The notes below the pieces were generated by a model, which worked only from the letters and a program-made list of their open reading frames with translations, was not told the DNA's origin and did no database searches. A stretch of 64,000 nt of DNA from a plasmid: sequence record NZ_CP067424.1; one strand, 5' to 3'. The translations under genes and the position numbers were made by a program. Shown in pieces: positions 20,027-29,048 of this stretch; the first letter of the stretch is position 1; each line of letters opens with the position of its first letter.

Positions 20027-20135
20027 GCACCCCTCCTTCGAGCTGCTTAATCTGCGGGGCAGGGTGTTTGCGCGCGTTGCGGGCATAAGGAACCAGCTCG
20101 TCAATCTTGCGATTGACGATCGATAACGTTGCCAT
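20027..20135 (-). pseudogene. 5' fragment of a ParB/Srx-like N-terminal domain gene (often fused to DNA methylases), truncated by the Tn3-family insertion
   Basis: MATLSIVNRKIDELVPYARNARKH… is the hallmark ParB-N motif. The ORF is cut after about 36 aa at the transposon end. Confidence 0.45.
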
Positions 20136-20198
20136 AGTGTGGAACTCCGTTGGATCTGGAAGGTAGGGGCTGAAGCTGTCGGAACGCTTCGCCGGTTC

Positions 20199-20417
20199 TC
20201 AGTCCTGCCGTGCGCTGACCTGGAACGAAGCGCGCGAGCTGATCCAGGCGTCTACCTCAGACAGCCGGTAGCGGACCGTTCGGCCGATCAGGCGATAGAC
20301 CGGTGGCCCCTCGCCCTTCAGTTCGAGATTGCGCAAGGTGCGCTGCGTCACGCCGAGGCGCGCGGCGGCGCTCGTCGCGGTGATCCAGTCATCAACGGGT
20401 GCGGCATTCGCGGGCAT
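20199..20417 (-). CDS. AlpA/Xis-family HTH DNA-binding protein (excisionase-like regulator)
   Basis: DDWITATSAAARLGVTQRTLRNLELKGEGPPVYRLIGRTVRYRLSEVDAWIS matches the AlpA/MerR-type phage excisionase fold. Start taken at MPANAAP. A hairpin plus T-run (minus strand) sits just upstream at about 20440-20475. Confidence 0.55.
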   Translation of the reverse strand: MPANAAPVDDWITATSAAARLGVTQRTLRNLELKGEGPPVYRLIGRTVRYRLSEVDAWISSRASFQVSARQD

Positions 20418-20961
20418 GTGGATCTCCCTGGCTGCGAGCACAAAAAAAGCCCGCTCCGCGATTGCGGGCGAGCTGGTAGGCGATTGCAGTTGTCCCAAGC
20501 TGCGAACACAACTCGGGTGCCTTTTGTCTACTCCCGTTTAGCTGGGGGCCGCAAGCGAAAAGGTGAGGTAAGACGCGCCTCGGTTCCGCAAGGGCGGCGC
20601 GATCGAGCCTATCAAGGAACCCTCGCCGGCTGCTTGATGATATCTGGCTGGCAACCCTCATTATTAGTGAATCATTTATGTAAAAATATCAATGCGCGTT
20701 GTACAGAATAGGCGGGCAGACGAATGACTTACTATCGGATTAATCGATGGTGTATAGGTTGCCTATTCATAAGTACGTATTGCGCATACCCCAATTACAT
20801 AAATCTATAGATGGATAACTCTAGAGCAGATTCTGTTTTGGTTGAGCAACAGCAGCGGCAAGCCGGCAGCATATGTAAGCATAATAAATAATAAATTTGT
20901 TTAATATACTGAAATGCTTCTAGGTTAATTAAGACGTCATCAGAACCTAAGGAGGAAAACG

Positions 20962-21582
20962 ATGAAAAAGCTTATCCACATGAGCCCCATTATGCTTGTA
21001 CTATTTTTATTATTATATGATCCTACACAAGCATTTTCTCAGTATAAGCATGATCATTATGAAAACCTCGGGAGAGATGTAGAATTTTGGCGCTGGTCTG
21101 TTGTACTAGGCAGAACTGCACAATACACCCGTAGAGGAGAAGTGAGGGTTGATGTTGAAAGCAGAAAAAAGCTGTGTGCCTACAGCCTACATGAAGCAAG
21201 TGGTAACCCTAAGTACTCCAGATCAAATCCCCCAAGAAATAGTATGTCAGGTCGTAATGTATCAAATAATGGTATTACTGTAAGTTACGAGTCCCCATGT
21301 TGGGGAACTCCTGTTGGGGATTTTTTACAGCAGATCGCAACCACTTTAGGTATTGCATTTGGCCAACCTACGACTGGTGCCATCGTAGGCGGAGCATTGA
21401 GAGAGCTGACAACTTCCAGCCAACAGTGTGTCGGTGATCAACGAGCTAGCTGGCTTACTATGCGAATTTATGTTTGGACAGTTCCAGACGGAAGGACCTG
21501 TAACGCACGGGAAACGATGATTAAAGCAGATCAGAGAAGAAGAGAATCTCCAATTCAGCGTTGGTATGGTGATGAGAGGTGA
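20962..21582 (+). CDS. Secreted hypothetical protein (206 aa) in a low-GC island
   Basis: Strong RBS AAGGAGGA. N-terminal signal peptide MKKLIHMSPIMLVLFLLLYDPTQA. About 40% GC, against about 67% for the backbone. Confidence 0.5.
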   Translation: MKKLIHMSPIMLVLFLLLYDPTQAFSQYKHDHYENLGRDVEFWRWSVVLGRTAQYTRRGEVRVDVESRKKLCAYSLHEASGNPKYSRSNPPRNSMSGRNVSNNGITVSYESPCWGTPVGDFLQQIATTLGIAFGQPTTGAIVGGALRELTTSSQQCVGDQRASWLTMRIYVWTVPDGRTCNARETMIKADQRRRESPIQRWYGDER

Positions 21583-22048
21583 TAACTTAAGAAAATCTTT
21601 TACTAGGCGAATGCGCTTACCTGTCCATCAAGCGATAAGGTTCTAAACTCGTTCACTTTTGACAACCCGATACCGGATTTCTAAAAAACTTGGTAGCTCT
21701 TAACAGCGAAGATCCGCCTGCTGAAGCGGGGCGGGACCGTCAATCTGAGGCGTACTCATTGGGCCAGTAGCCGCCACAATTCGGCCGAAAAGTACATATT
21801 ATTATATAATTTTTACAAAAGTTTTCCTCTGAGGCTCTTTCGGGGTGTTCGGAAACGTTGGGTTCTGAACACCTTCGACCGGCACTGCTGGAATGACGAT
21901 TTCCGGTGTGCAGAACCCGTGTCCGAAATCGGGTTTCAAGAACGGTGTCCGAAATCCCCTTCCGGTAAAGACTCTCAGATCGAGGGAGACGGCGCTCTAA
22001 GAGTGTATGATTTCGTGGAACGGTCGGACGAAAATCTAAGGAGAGATC

Positions 22049-22783
22049 ATGCCTCACAGATTGAAAGCCTTGTTCCCCGATGCCGAAGTCCTCCTGGGGT
22101 TACCGCCCGAGGAGTTGGGGGGTGTCCTGCTCTCGATCTTGCGTAATGACAGGCCACCACTAAGCCTACACAATTTCGTTAATAATTTATATCAGACTCA
22201 ACTGATCTATCCGGTGGATTACAAGGACCGGGTGGGAGAAGCCATTGCGGAGGCGTGGAATTGGCTGCTCAGCGTCGGTCTTCTTGCGCCTCACCCACGA
22301 CAAGGTGCCGGATGGTACTTCATCACGAAGCGCGGTTGGGAAGCTGCGACTCCGGAGGCTTTCGAGAGTTATCGCAAGGCTTCGCTGATCCCGCGAGACC
22401 TTCTCCACCCGATTGTCACGACCAAGGCATGGCCGAACTTTCTTCGCGGTGACTACGACACTGCGGTCTTTCAGGCTTTCAAAGAGGTCGAAGTCGAAGT
22501 CCGGAAAGCGGGGAACTACGAGAACACCAAAATAGGGAAAGACCTGATGCTCGCCGCATTCCACGAGAGCACAGGCCCGCTGACGGATCAGACGCTTCCC
22601 GTTTCTGAAAGACAGGCTACGGCTTTTCTGTTTGCAGGCGCTATCGGTCGCTATAAGAACCCAGGCAGTCACCGCACCGTTGTTATCGATGAGGCTACCA
22701 GAGCGGCGGAAATGCTGATCCTTGCCAGTCATCTTCTGCATCTTGTCGATGAGAGAATAGCCGACCAGCAATCTGATGAGTGA
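22049..22783 (+). CDS. Hypothetical protein with a C-terminal TIGR02391/Hypoth_Ymh-like domain
   Basis: C-terminal 110 aa (…DTAVFQAFKEVEVEVRKAG…GKDLMLAAF…ERQATAFLFAGAIGRYKNPGSHRTV..EATRAAEMLILASHLLHLVDE) follow the conserved spacing of that family. N-terminal half unknown. Confidence 0.5.
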   Translation: MPHRLKALFPDAEVLLGLPPEELGGVLLSILRNDRPPLSLHNFVNNLYQTQLIYPVDYKDRVGEAIAEAWNWLLSVGLLAPHPRQGAGWYFITKRGWEAATPEAFESYRKASLIPRDLLHPIVTTKAWPNFLRGDYDTAVFQAFKEVEVEVRKAGNYENTKIGKDLMLAAFHESTGPLTDQTLPVSERQATAFLFAGAIGRYKNPGSHRTVVIDEATRAAEMLILASHLLHLVDERIADQQSDE

Positions 22784-22952
22784 AGCGTTGGCAGGCGATC
22801 TGCTGGATTGCCCTATTTGGGTATACGCCAGGGGAACAGTTTCACGGGACATCCTGATCCAGCTTCTTCCTGTTCCAATAGGGTTGCTTTTCGAGTTCCG
22901 GCACAGGATACTTGAATGGTCTAGAGCCTAACGGAACAGATCGGGGTGATCG

Positions 22953-23498
22953 ATGGCAGTTTACGGGTATGCTCGCGTTTCCACGATCGACCAGGACCTC
23001 ACCCTGCAGCGGGAGGCGCTGACGAAGGCAGGGTGCTTCGTGGTTCGAGAAGAGAAGGTGACGGGGACGACCAGGTCGGGCCGGTCGGAGTTGAAGACGC
23101 TGATGGAATTCCTGCAGCCGGGCGACACACTGATGGTGACGCGCATCGACCGGCTGGCCCGCTCCATCGGCGACCTCCAGGACATCGTGCGGGAGCTGAA
23201 GACCAAGGGCGTGGCGCTGAAGGCGACCGAGCAGCCGATCGACACATCGACTGCGGCCGGGAAAGCCTTCCTCGACATGCTGGGCGTCTTCGCCGAGTTC
23301 GAGACGAACCTCCGGAAGGAGCGCCAGCTCGAAGGCATCCAGCAGGCGAAGGCCAAGGGGGTCTACAAGGGGCGCAAGCCGAAGCTCGACCGGTCAGCCG
23401 TCCAGGCACTGAAGGCGGAAGGCCTGGGCGGCAGCGAGATCGCACGCCGGCTGCGGATCGGCCGGACGAGCGTCTATCGGTTGCTGAAGGCAGGATGA
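22953..23498 (+). CDS. Serine recombinase (resolvase/invertase), full length
   Basis: MAVYGYARVSTIDQDL…GDTLMVTRIDRLARS…C-terminal HTH GRTSVYRLLK. 181 aa. Confidence 0.85.
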   Translation: MAVYGYARVSTIDQDLTLQREALTKAGCFVVREEKVTGTTRSGRSELKTLMEFLQPGDTLMVTRIDRLARSIGDLQDIVRELKTKGVALKATEQPIDTSTAAGKAFLDMLGVFAEFETNLRKERQLEGIQQAKAKGVYKGRKPKLDRSAVQALKAEGLGGSEIARRLRIGRTSVYRLLKAG

Positions 23499-23505
23499 AG
23501 ATCAG

Positions 23506-23760
23506 GTGATGACGTTCGAAGAGATCCTGACCGCGGCGAATGCCGGCGGCGCCCGCGCACCTGGTCAGTGGACCCCGCAAGCATGCCGCACCTGGCGGGA
23601 GGCAGATCCGGAAGATGCGCGCCTGCTCGAAGCCTGCTGGGCCTGGGAGCTGGCGAACGATCGCCGGGTGCAGGCGAAAGACGAACTCGCGGTGACGGAG
23701 CGGCGCCGGACGAGGCGATGGCTGCGGCACGGGCGCACAAAGAAGGGTAGGGCTGCAGTT
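23506..23760 (+). CDS. Small hypothetical protein translationally coupled to the recombinase; a degenerate tandem copy lies at 24049-24235
   Basis: Start overlaps the recombinase stop. FEEILTAANAGGARAPGQWTPQACRTWREADPEDARLLEACWAWELANDRR is repeated (about 75% nt identity) 540 bp downstream without a start codon. Confidence 0.3.
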
Positions 23761-23862
23761 CAGGGGGTTGCGGAAAAAAGGATGCAGGCATGCAGCCTGC
23801 ATTTCCTCCCTCGAATTAATTCGGCGCTAAGACTATGTATGCAGTGCGGTAGCGATACTGCA

Positions 23863-23926
23863 ACGCCTTCTTTCGGGCGTTTCCTCCCTAGACTCAGGCT
23901 GCCTCTTTGTGGGCGGCCTTCTTTTT
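23863..23926 (+). other. Conserved double-hairpin element, copy 1 (hairpin ACGCC-TTCTTTC-GGGCGT, TTCCTCCCTAGACTC, hairpin AGGCTGCC-N8-GGCGGCCT, T-run)
   Basis: Second copy at 53860-53921 with compensatory stem changes. Looks like a Rho-independent terminator or sRNA 3' module on the plus strand. Confidence 0.35.
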
Positions 23927-24296
23927 ACACATATTTCAGAAAATAGCACCTGCTCAAAATAGGGTATGTGAAAGCGTGTAGAAGAAGCAAACTACCCATC
24001 TGTAAGGCTATGAGCGTAATGCGCTATAAAGAGTATCCTGAACGATAACCTTCGAAGAGCTGCTCGCCGCGGCGAATGCCGGCGACGCCAGGACCTCGGG
24101 ACAGTGGACGCCGACAGCCTGTAAGACCTGGCGGGAGGCAGAGCCGGAAGAAGCTCGCCTGCTGGAAGCGGCCTGGGCATGGGAACTCGCGAACGACCGC
24201 CGAGCACAGCCGCGCGACCTGGTCGAGGTCAGTCAGGCAGCGCCGCCAGGAGATGGACGAAGCCACGGTTGCAGCGAGGCAAGGGTAGAAAATGGC

Positions 24297-24340
24297 ACCT
24301 TCAAGGTGGCAAAGATCTTGACGCGCCACCTTGAAGGTGC
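24297..24340. promoter_or_regulatory. Two MqsA-type operator palindromes CACCTT(C/G)AAGGTG flanking a TTGACG -35 upstream of mqsR
   Basis: Palindromes at about 24297-24309 and 24328-24340 match the ACCT-N(2-4)-AGGT MqsA operator consensus. Two copies as in the E. coli mqsRA promoter. Confidence 0.55.
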
Positions 24341-24657
24341 CACATTCCGGCATGGACAAACGGAAGCCCACCTATGATCTGGCGTCATTTAAGGCATCGT
24401 TTAGCAGCGTCGAGAAGTTGAATGCAACTATTGTCGCTCTCCAAGGGGCTAGAAGCCTAGGAATTACGGTTACCGGTATGGTTTCCGTCATACAAACGAT
24501 GGAAAGAAAGCATTTCTACAAGTCTATGACTTCGAATAATGATCATACAGTCTGGCAGGACGTTTACCATGTGCCGCATGATGAGAATGTTATCTACATC
24601 AAGTTCATTGCGGATGTCGTGACAGAGTTTAGATTGCTGTCCTTCAAGGAGAAGTAG
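24331..24657 (+). CDS. mqsR: MqsR-family mRNA interferase toxin
   Basis: …FYKSMTSNNDHTVWQDVYHVPHDENVIYIKFIADVVTEFRLLSFKEK parallels E. coli MqsR (FYKSMTTYSDHTIWQDVY…VSFKEK). Confidence 0.75.
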   Translation: MKVPHSGMDKRKPTYDLASFKASFSSVEKLNATIVALQGARSLGITVTGMVSVIQTMERKHFYKSMTSNNDHTVWQDVYHVPHDENVIYIKFIADVVTEFRLLSFKEK

Positions 24658-25097
24658 TGATGGCTGATACGATGATCTGCCATGAGTGCGGCGGGCACAT
24701 GGCGCGGGCTTCAAAGCCTGTCGAATTTGAGTATAAGGGACATAAGGTTACCTTGGACCAGCCAGGATGGTACTGCTCTTCTTGCGAGGAGAGTGTCCTG
24801 ACGGGTGCCGACATGTTAGCTACGGAACCGGCGTTTTTGGAATTCAAGGCAAAGATTGATGGCTTGGCGCCTCCGAAGGAAGTTTCCCGCATTCGTAAAA
24901 AGCTTAAACTTTCTCAGCGCAAGGCTGGAGTAATCCTCGGAGGGGGTGTTCACGCATTCCAAAAATATGAAAGCGGGAAGGATCTGCCCACCAAGGCTAT
25001 GAGCAATCTGCTTCGCTTGCTTGATAGTCAGCCGACCTTGCTTGAGCAGCTCGTCGCGATCCAAGCACAGCAAGAAAGCGGGAAGCACACCGATTAG
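24657..25097 (+). CDS. mqsA: MqsA-family antitoxin (N-terminal zinc ribbon plus C-terminal XRE HTH)
   Basis: CHECGG…YCSSCEES zinc-binding pairs. RKKLKLSQRKAGVILGGGVHAFQKYESG matches the MqsA HTH (RKKLSLTQKEASEIFGGGVNAFSRYEKG). Start overlaps the mqsR stop. Confidence 0.75.
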   Translation: MMADTMICHECGGHMARASKPVEFEYKGHKVTLDQPGWYCSSCEESVLTGADMLATEPAFLEFKAKIDGLAPPKEVSRIRKKLKLSQRKAGVILGGGVHAFQKYESGKDLPTKAMSNLLRLLDSQPTLLEQLVAIQAQQESGKHTD

Positions 25098-26180
25098 CAA
25101 ACTGCTCGTGCTATGGCTGTTCTCTAACCTACTGACTTAGCTTCGTCTAAGGCAGAAACTATGGGAAAATCCCATAGTTAAAGATCCTTCGCCAGGGGGC
25201 ATCCCCGGTCCGATTTCATCGAACCAGGGGAAAGCAGGATGTCTCTTGGTGGTGGGCATCAATCCCCTTCCGTCCCATTCTCCGCGCTACGCTTGTGCGA
25301 ACGGGTCCCATCGAGAAGGGGATTGACGTACAACCGTGACGGGCTGCTTCGCCGTGCTCGATGGCCCGGCTCTCCTGGCTCAGGCAGCGGCTACCGGCGG
25401 GCGGTGGCTAGGTCTGCCGTCCTGTCCGGTGTACGGGCGCTCTGCCGCCTTAGCCCATAGATCGCCGACGTAGGCCCACAGCTCGGGAGCCATCCGGTCG
25501 CGCAGATGGACCAGAACGCCATGAGGGGCATTGGCTCCGGTGGCGAGCGAAATGCACTGACCATTGCGATATCGGAAGGTCCGGTTCTCTGCCGACCGGA
25601 AGTCCTGGTCGCCCAAGCGGCACATCTCATAGACATGGTCGATGAGGTCGAAGCGGTCGCCCGAGTGGGTGGTGATGATACGTGCCGGTCCTGTGTTTTA
25701 CAGTTTCACCTTGGAATATAGGGATGGGCGAGTCATCGACCTACGGGAAATTCACAGCCTGTCAGAGGGGCTCCTGCGGCTGACGGATCGGGTGATCAGG
25801 TAAGCCAGACCGCCGACGACTAAGCCGACTGGAACGACCGTTGCGATCATGCGGGGCAGGAATCGCTGGGTGATTTCAGGGTCTATAAAATACGCGACAA
25901 CGCAGGTCAGGATGCCGCCGACCAGATAGACGATGCCGGGCGGTTGGAAAAGTAGCGGTTATCATTCATTTGAGGGGCTTTCTTCCAAAGGGTTGAAGGG
26001 CGATTTGCGGGAAGAAAACTGAGGTTGGGGAGAGGGGGTATTGCAAGTTAAAAGCGCCTGTCCCCGGACGGCGCTGAACCCCCTCCCTTTCTGCGATTTT
26101 CGTGTCCCTAGCCGTAGCCTGTTGTCCCTGATATGGGGTATACTACGATTTTACGTTAGTCAGGGTCAAGGAGGCAGGTC

Positions 26181-26951
26181 ATGGCAGGGCGGGTGCCGCT
26201 GGCGAGGTCGAAAGACGCGCTGATCGAGCGATGGCTGAGGTTCGCGCCGAAGGCCGGCGGAGAGTCGGCAGGGCGGGTTTACCTGCCCGACCTTGGAAAA
26301 CCGAAGGCGGTGCATCGGGGTACGACACGGCTGGGCAGCGGCGAAGGGTCGTCGTACCGTCGCCGCGTGGTGGTGATCTCCTACCATTACCGCATGGCCG
26401 GTGCGGGATACTCTAAGTTGCACAGCCACATCCGGTATGTCGAGCGGCCCGGGGCCGGCGAACGGGCGGTGACGCCGTCGCTGATCGATCGAAACGGCGA
26501 CGGCGTCACGGGCCATTCGGCCGTCCAGGGGTGGCGGGACGACCGGCACCATTTCAGGCTCATCCTGGCGCCGAACGACGGCGCGCAGCTCGACATGGCG
26601 GCCTATACCCGCGAGTACATGGCCGAGCTGGAGCGCCGTCTGGGCACCCGGCTGGACTGGTTCGCGGGCATCCACGAGAAGCCGGACGCGACGCACGCCA
26701 TGAACCGGCACGCCCACGTCATCCTCCGGGGCATCGCCCAGGACGGAACCGACCTGGTGATGGACAGGGAATTTATTCGGTTCGAGATGCGCCGCATCGC
26801 CGAGGATCTGGCGACCCGGCACCTGGGTCCGATGAGCCAGCGGGAGATGGACCGGTATATGGAACGGCAGGCCCAACGGTTGCGAGACGGGGAACGGAAC
26901 TACCACATGGGCCGGCGCCCGATCCGGGGGGAGGATCGCGGCCGTGATTGA
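26181..26951 (+). CDS. Relaxase-like protein (DUF3363 / VirD2-like HUH domain), short form
   Basis: RRVVV…HSHIRYVERPG…HHFRLILAPNDGAQLD…LGTRLDWFAGIHEKPDATHAMNRHAHVILRG matches the N-terminal catalytic region of alphaproteobacterial DUF3363 relaxases (His triad). Only 256 aa; the usual long C-terminal region is absent. Its stop overlaps the T4CP start. Confidence 0.6.
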   Translation: MAGRVPLARSKDALIERWLRFAPKAGGESAGRVYLPDLGKPKAVHRGTTRLGSGEGSSYRRRVVVISYHYRMAGAGYSKLHSHIRYVERPGAGERAVTPSLIDRNGDGVTGHSAVQGWRDDRHHFRLILAPNDGAQLDMAAYTREYMAELERRLGTRLDWFAGIHEKPDATHAMNRHAHVILRGIAQDGTDLVMDREFIRFEMRRIAEDLATRHLGPMSQREMDRYMERQAQRLRDGERNYHMGRRPIRGEDRGRD

Positions 26952-28725
26952 CCTCGGGCAGATCCTGACCAACCCGGAACCGTTCGTGCAGGCCACGCGG
27001 ACGTGGATCGAGACCAACGCCGTGCTGCTGGCCGGCTGCGCGGCCGGCGCGTTGACGGTCGCGGGGGTGGCCGGGGTCGGGGCCGGCTACGTCGTGGACC
27101 GGCTGCGCGATGCGGCCGAGGACCGGCAGCGTTACGGCGGCAAGAGGGAGGCGAAGCGCGCCGGGCTGCTGCGCAACCCGAAGCTGGAGTACTCCGGCAT
27201 CCCCCTGGGTCGGATCGGGCGCAAGCACCTGTGCTGGGTAGACCAGGAGCCGGTGCTGGTGACGGGCGGCACCCGGTCGGGCAAGGGTGTCGGCGTGATC
27301 CGCCCGGCCTGCCTGACCTATGGCGGGCCGATGGTGATGTATGACGGCGGCAAGGGAGAGCTGTTCAGGACGACGTCGGGGTGGCGCAAGCGGTTCAGCC
27401 ACGTCCTGAACCTCGACCTGACCAACCCGGCCGGCGTCCACTTCAACTTCCTGGAGGAGATCGACCCGGCCAACCCGGTGGCCGGGGCCGACAACCTCGC
27501 CAAGTCGGTGCCGCGACCGGCCAGGTCGGACGAGCACTTCGAGGCCGGCGCCGACCGTCTGATGGGGGCGGTGATCCTGCACGTGCTGCACGGGGAGCCC
27601 GACGAGCGCAAGAACATGGCCGAGGTGGTCCGGCTGATCTCCCAGGGAGACGTCGGGATGCGCCGCATAGCCGAAACGAAGGCGCATCCGGTGGCGGTCG
27701 ACCGGATCAACGCCCTGTTCGGCGGCGACCCGTTCGGCGAGAAGTCCGGGGACGGCATGAAGTACCGCGGCATGTTCTACAACGCCGCCCTGGTGCGCCT
27801 GTCGCCCTTCGAGGACCCGATCGTCGCCCGGGTGACAGGCCGGTCGGACTTCAGGATGCGGGACCTGTTTCGGCTGAGCCCGAAGCGCAGGCCGGTGTCG
27901 CTCTACCTGACGACGCCGGCCAGCGATGACGATCGCCTGCGACCGGTGACCAGCATGTTCCTGTCCATGCTGATGGGCGCGATCATGAGGGAGCAACCGG
28001 CGCTGGAAGGGGAGCCGATGTCGCTGCTGGTGGTCGACGAGTTCGCCAGCCTGCGCCTGGAGATCCTGCAGACCGCGATCACCAAGATCGTCGGGTGCGG
28101 CGCCACCATGCTGCTGGGCGCCCAGTCGCTCAACGCCCTGCGTCAGGCGCCCTACGGGCCGTACAACCAGTTCCGCGACAACATCCGCTGCCACGTCGTC
28201 TACGCCGCCAACGACGGCATGACCCAGCAGGAAATCTCCCAGTCCTGCGGCACCGTCACGGAACGGCGCAGGTCGACCAGCCGGAGTCGCTCTTCCGGCA
28301 CCTGGGCGCGGTCGCATACCGAGAGCGTCAGCGAGGTCGAGCAGCCGGTCATCAACCCCGGCGGCGTCCGCCAGCTGAGGGATCGGTTCGAGCTGGTGCT
28401 TATCACCGGTCAGCCCGTGATCCGGGCGCGCAAAATCGTGGACCACAAGGACCGCATCCTGCGCAAGCGGCTGGATCTGCCCCAGGCTGCCCTGCGCGGC
28501 TCCGACGGCGCCTATCCTGATCTGCCGCACCCGCACCGCCCGAGCGCCTGGGCGGGCGTGCCGGTTCACCCGCAAACCCCGGAAGCCATGGCCTCCGGCG
28601 CCGGGGCCGTCGATGACGGCGATTTGCCGGAACCGCCGGCGAATGACGACGCCACCGCTCCCCCTGCCAGGCCGAAGCCGAGGCGCAAGCGAAAGCTGAT
28701 CACAGCCCCTGGAGGTGAAGAATGA
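26944..28725 (+). CDS. traG: Type IV coupling protein (VirD4/TraG family)
   Basis: 593 aa. Two N-terminal TM helices. Walker A VTGGTRSGKGVG and Walker B LLVVDEF. GTG start overlapping the relaxase stop. Confidence 0.9.
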   Translation: MIDLGQILTNPEPFVQATRTWIETNAVLLAGCAAGALTVAGVAGVGAGYVVDRLRDAAEDRQRYGGKREAKRAGLLRNPKLEYSGIPLGRIGRKHLCWVDQEPVLVTGGTRSGKGVGVIRPACLTYGGPMVMYDGGKGELFRTTSGWRKRFSHVLNLDLTNPAGVHFNFLEEIDPANPVAGADNLAKSVPRPARSDEHFEAGADRLMGAVILHVLHGEPDERKNMAEVVRLISQGDVGMRRIAETKAHPVAVDRINALFGGDPFGEKSGDGMKYRGMFYNAALVRLSPFEDPIVARVTGRSDFRMRDLFRLSPKRRPVSLYLTTPASDDDRLRPVTSMFLSMLMGAIMREQPALEGEPMSLLVVDEFASLRLEILQTAITKIVGCGATMLLGAQSLNALRQAPYGPYNQFRDNIRCHVVYAANDGMTQQEISQSCGTVTERRRSTSRSRSSGTWARSHTESVSEVEQPVINPGGVRQLRDRFELVLITGQPVIRARKIVDHKDRILRKRLDLPQAALRGSDGAYPDLPHPHRPSAWAGVPVHPQTPEAMASGAGAVDDGDLPEPPANDDATAPPARPKPRRKRKLITAPGGEE

Positions 28726-29048
28726 CGAAGGTCGAATTCAAGCTCTACCTGGAGCCGAACCTGGCATCCCAGATAACCGAGACGACGGCGCAGTTCCGCG
28801 GCGCCGGCCGGAAGGTCTCCCGCAACGAGGTATTGGAGCAGCTGATCGAGGACGGTTTCCGCCTGTGGCGCCGGGAGGCGCAGGTGGTCAACCGTGTGGA
28901 GGCCGGCATCGCCAAGCTGCTCGACCAGTCGGCCCGCCAGGACCGGCTCCTGCGCTCGATCCTGCTGACCCTTGCCGAGGGCGACCAGGTAGAATACCGC
29001 AGGGTGATCGAAACCATTGAACGCGAGGATGCCGGCAATGCCGCTTGA
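28722..29048 (+). CDS. Small conjugation-associated protein (108 aa), function unknown
   Basis: ATGA overlap with the T4CP stop. Sits between the coupling protein and trbB in the same operon. Confidence 0.4.
   Translation: MTKVEFKLYLEPNLASQITETTAQFRGAGRKVSRNEVLEQLIEDGFRLWRREAQVVNRVEAGIAKLLDQSARQDRLLRSILLTLAEGDQVEYRRVIETIEREDAGNAA

Noticed and set aside
25380-25700. ORF fragment (…RIITTHSGDRFDLIDHVYEMCRLGDQDF…) as a gene
   Set aside because: The open frame is preceded by in-frame stops with no N-terminal region and no recognisable domain. Probably a gene remnant; not called.
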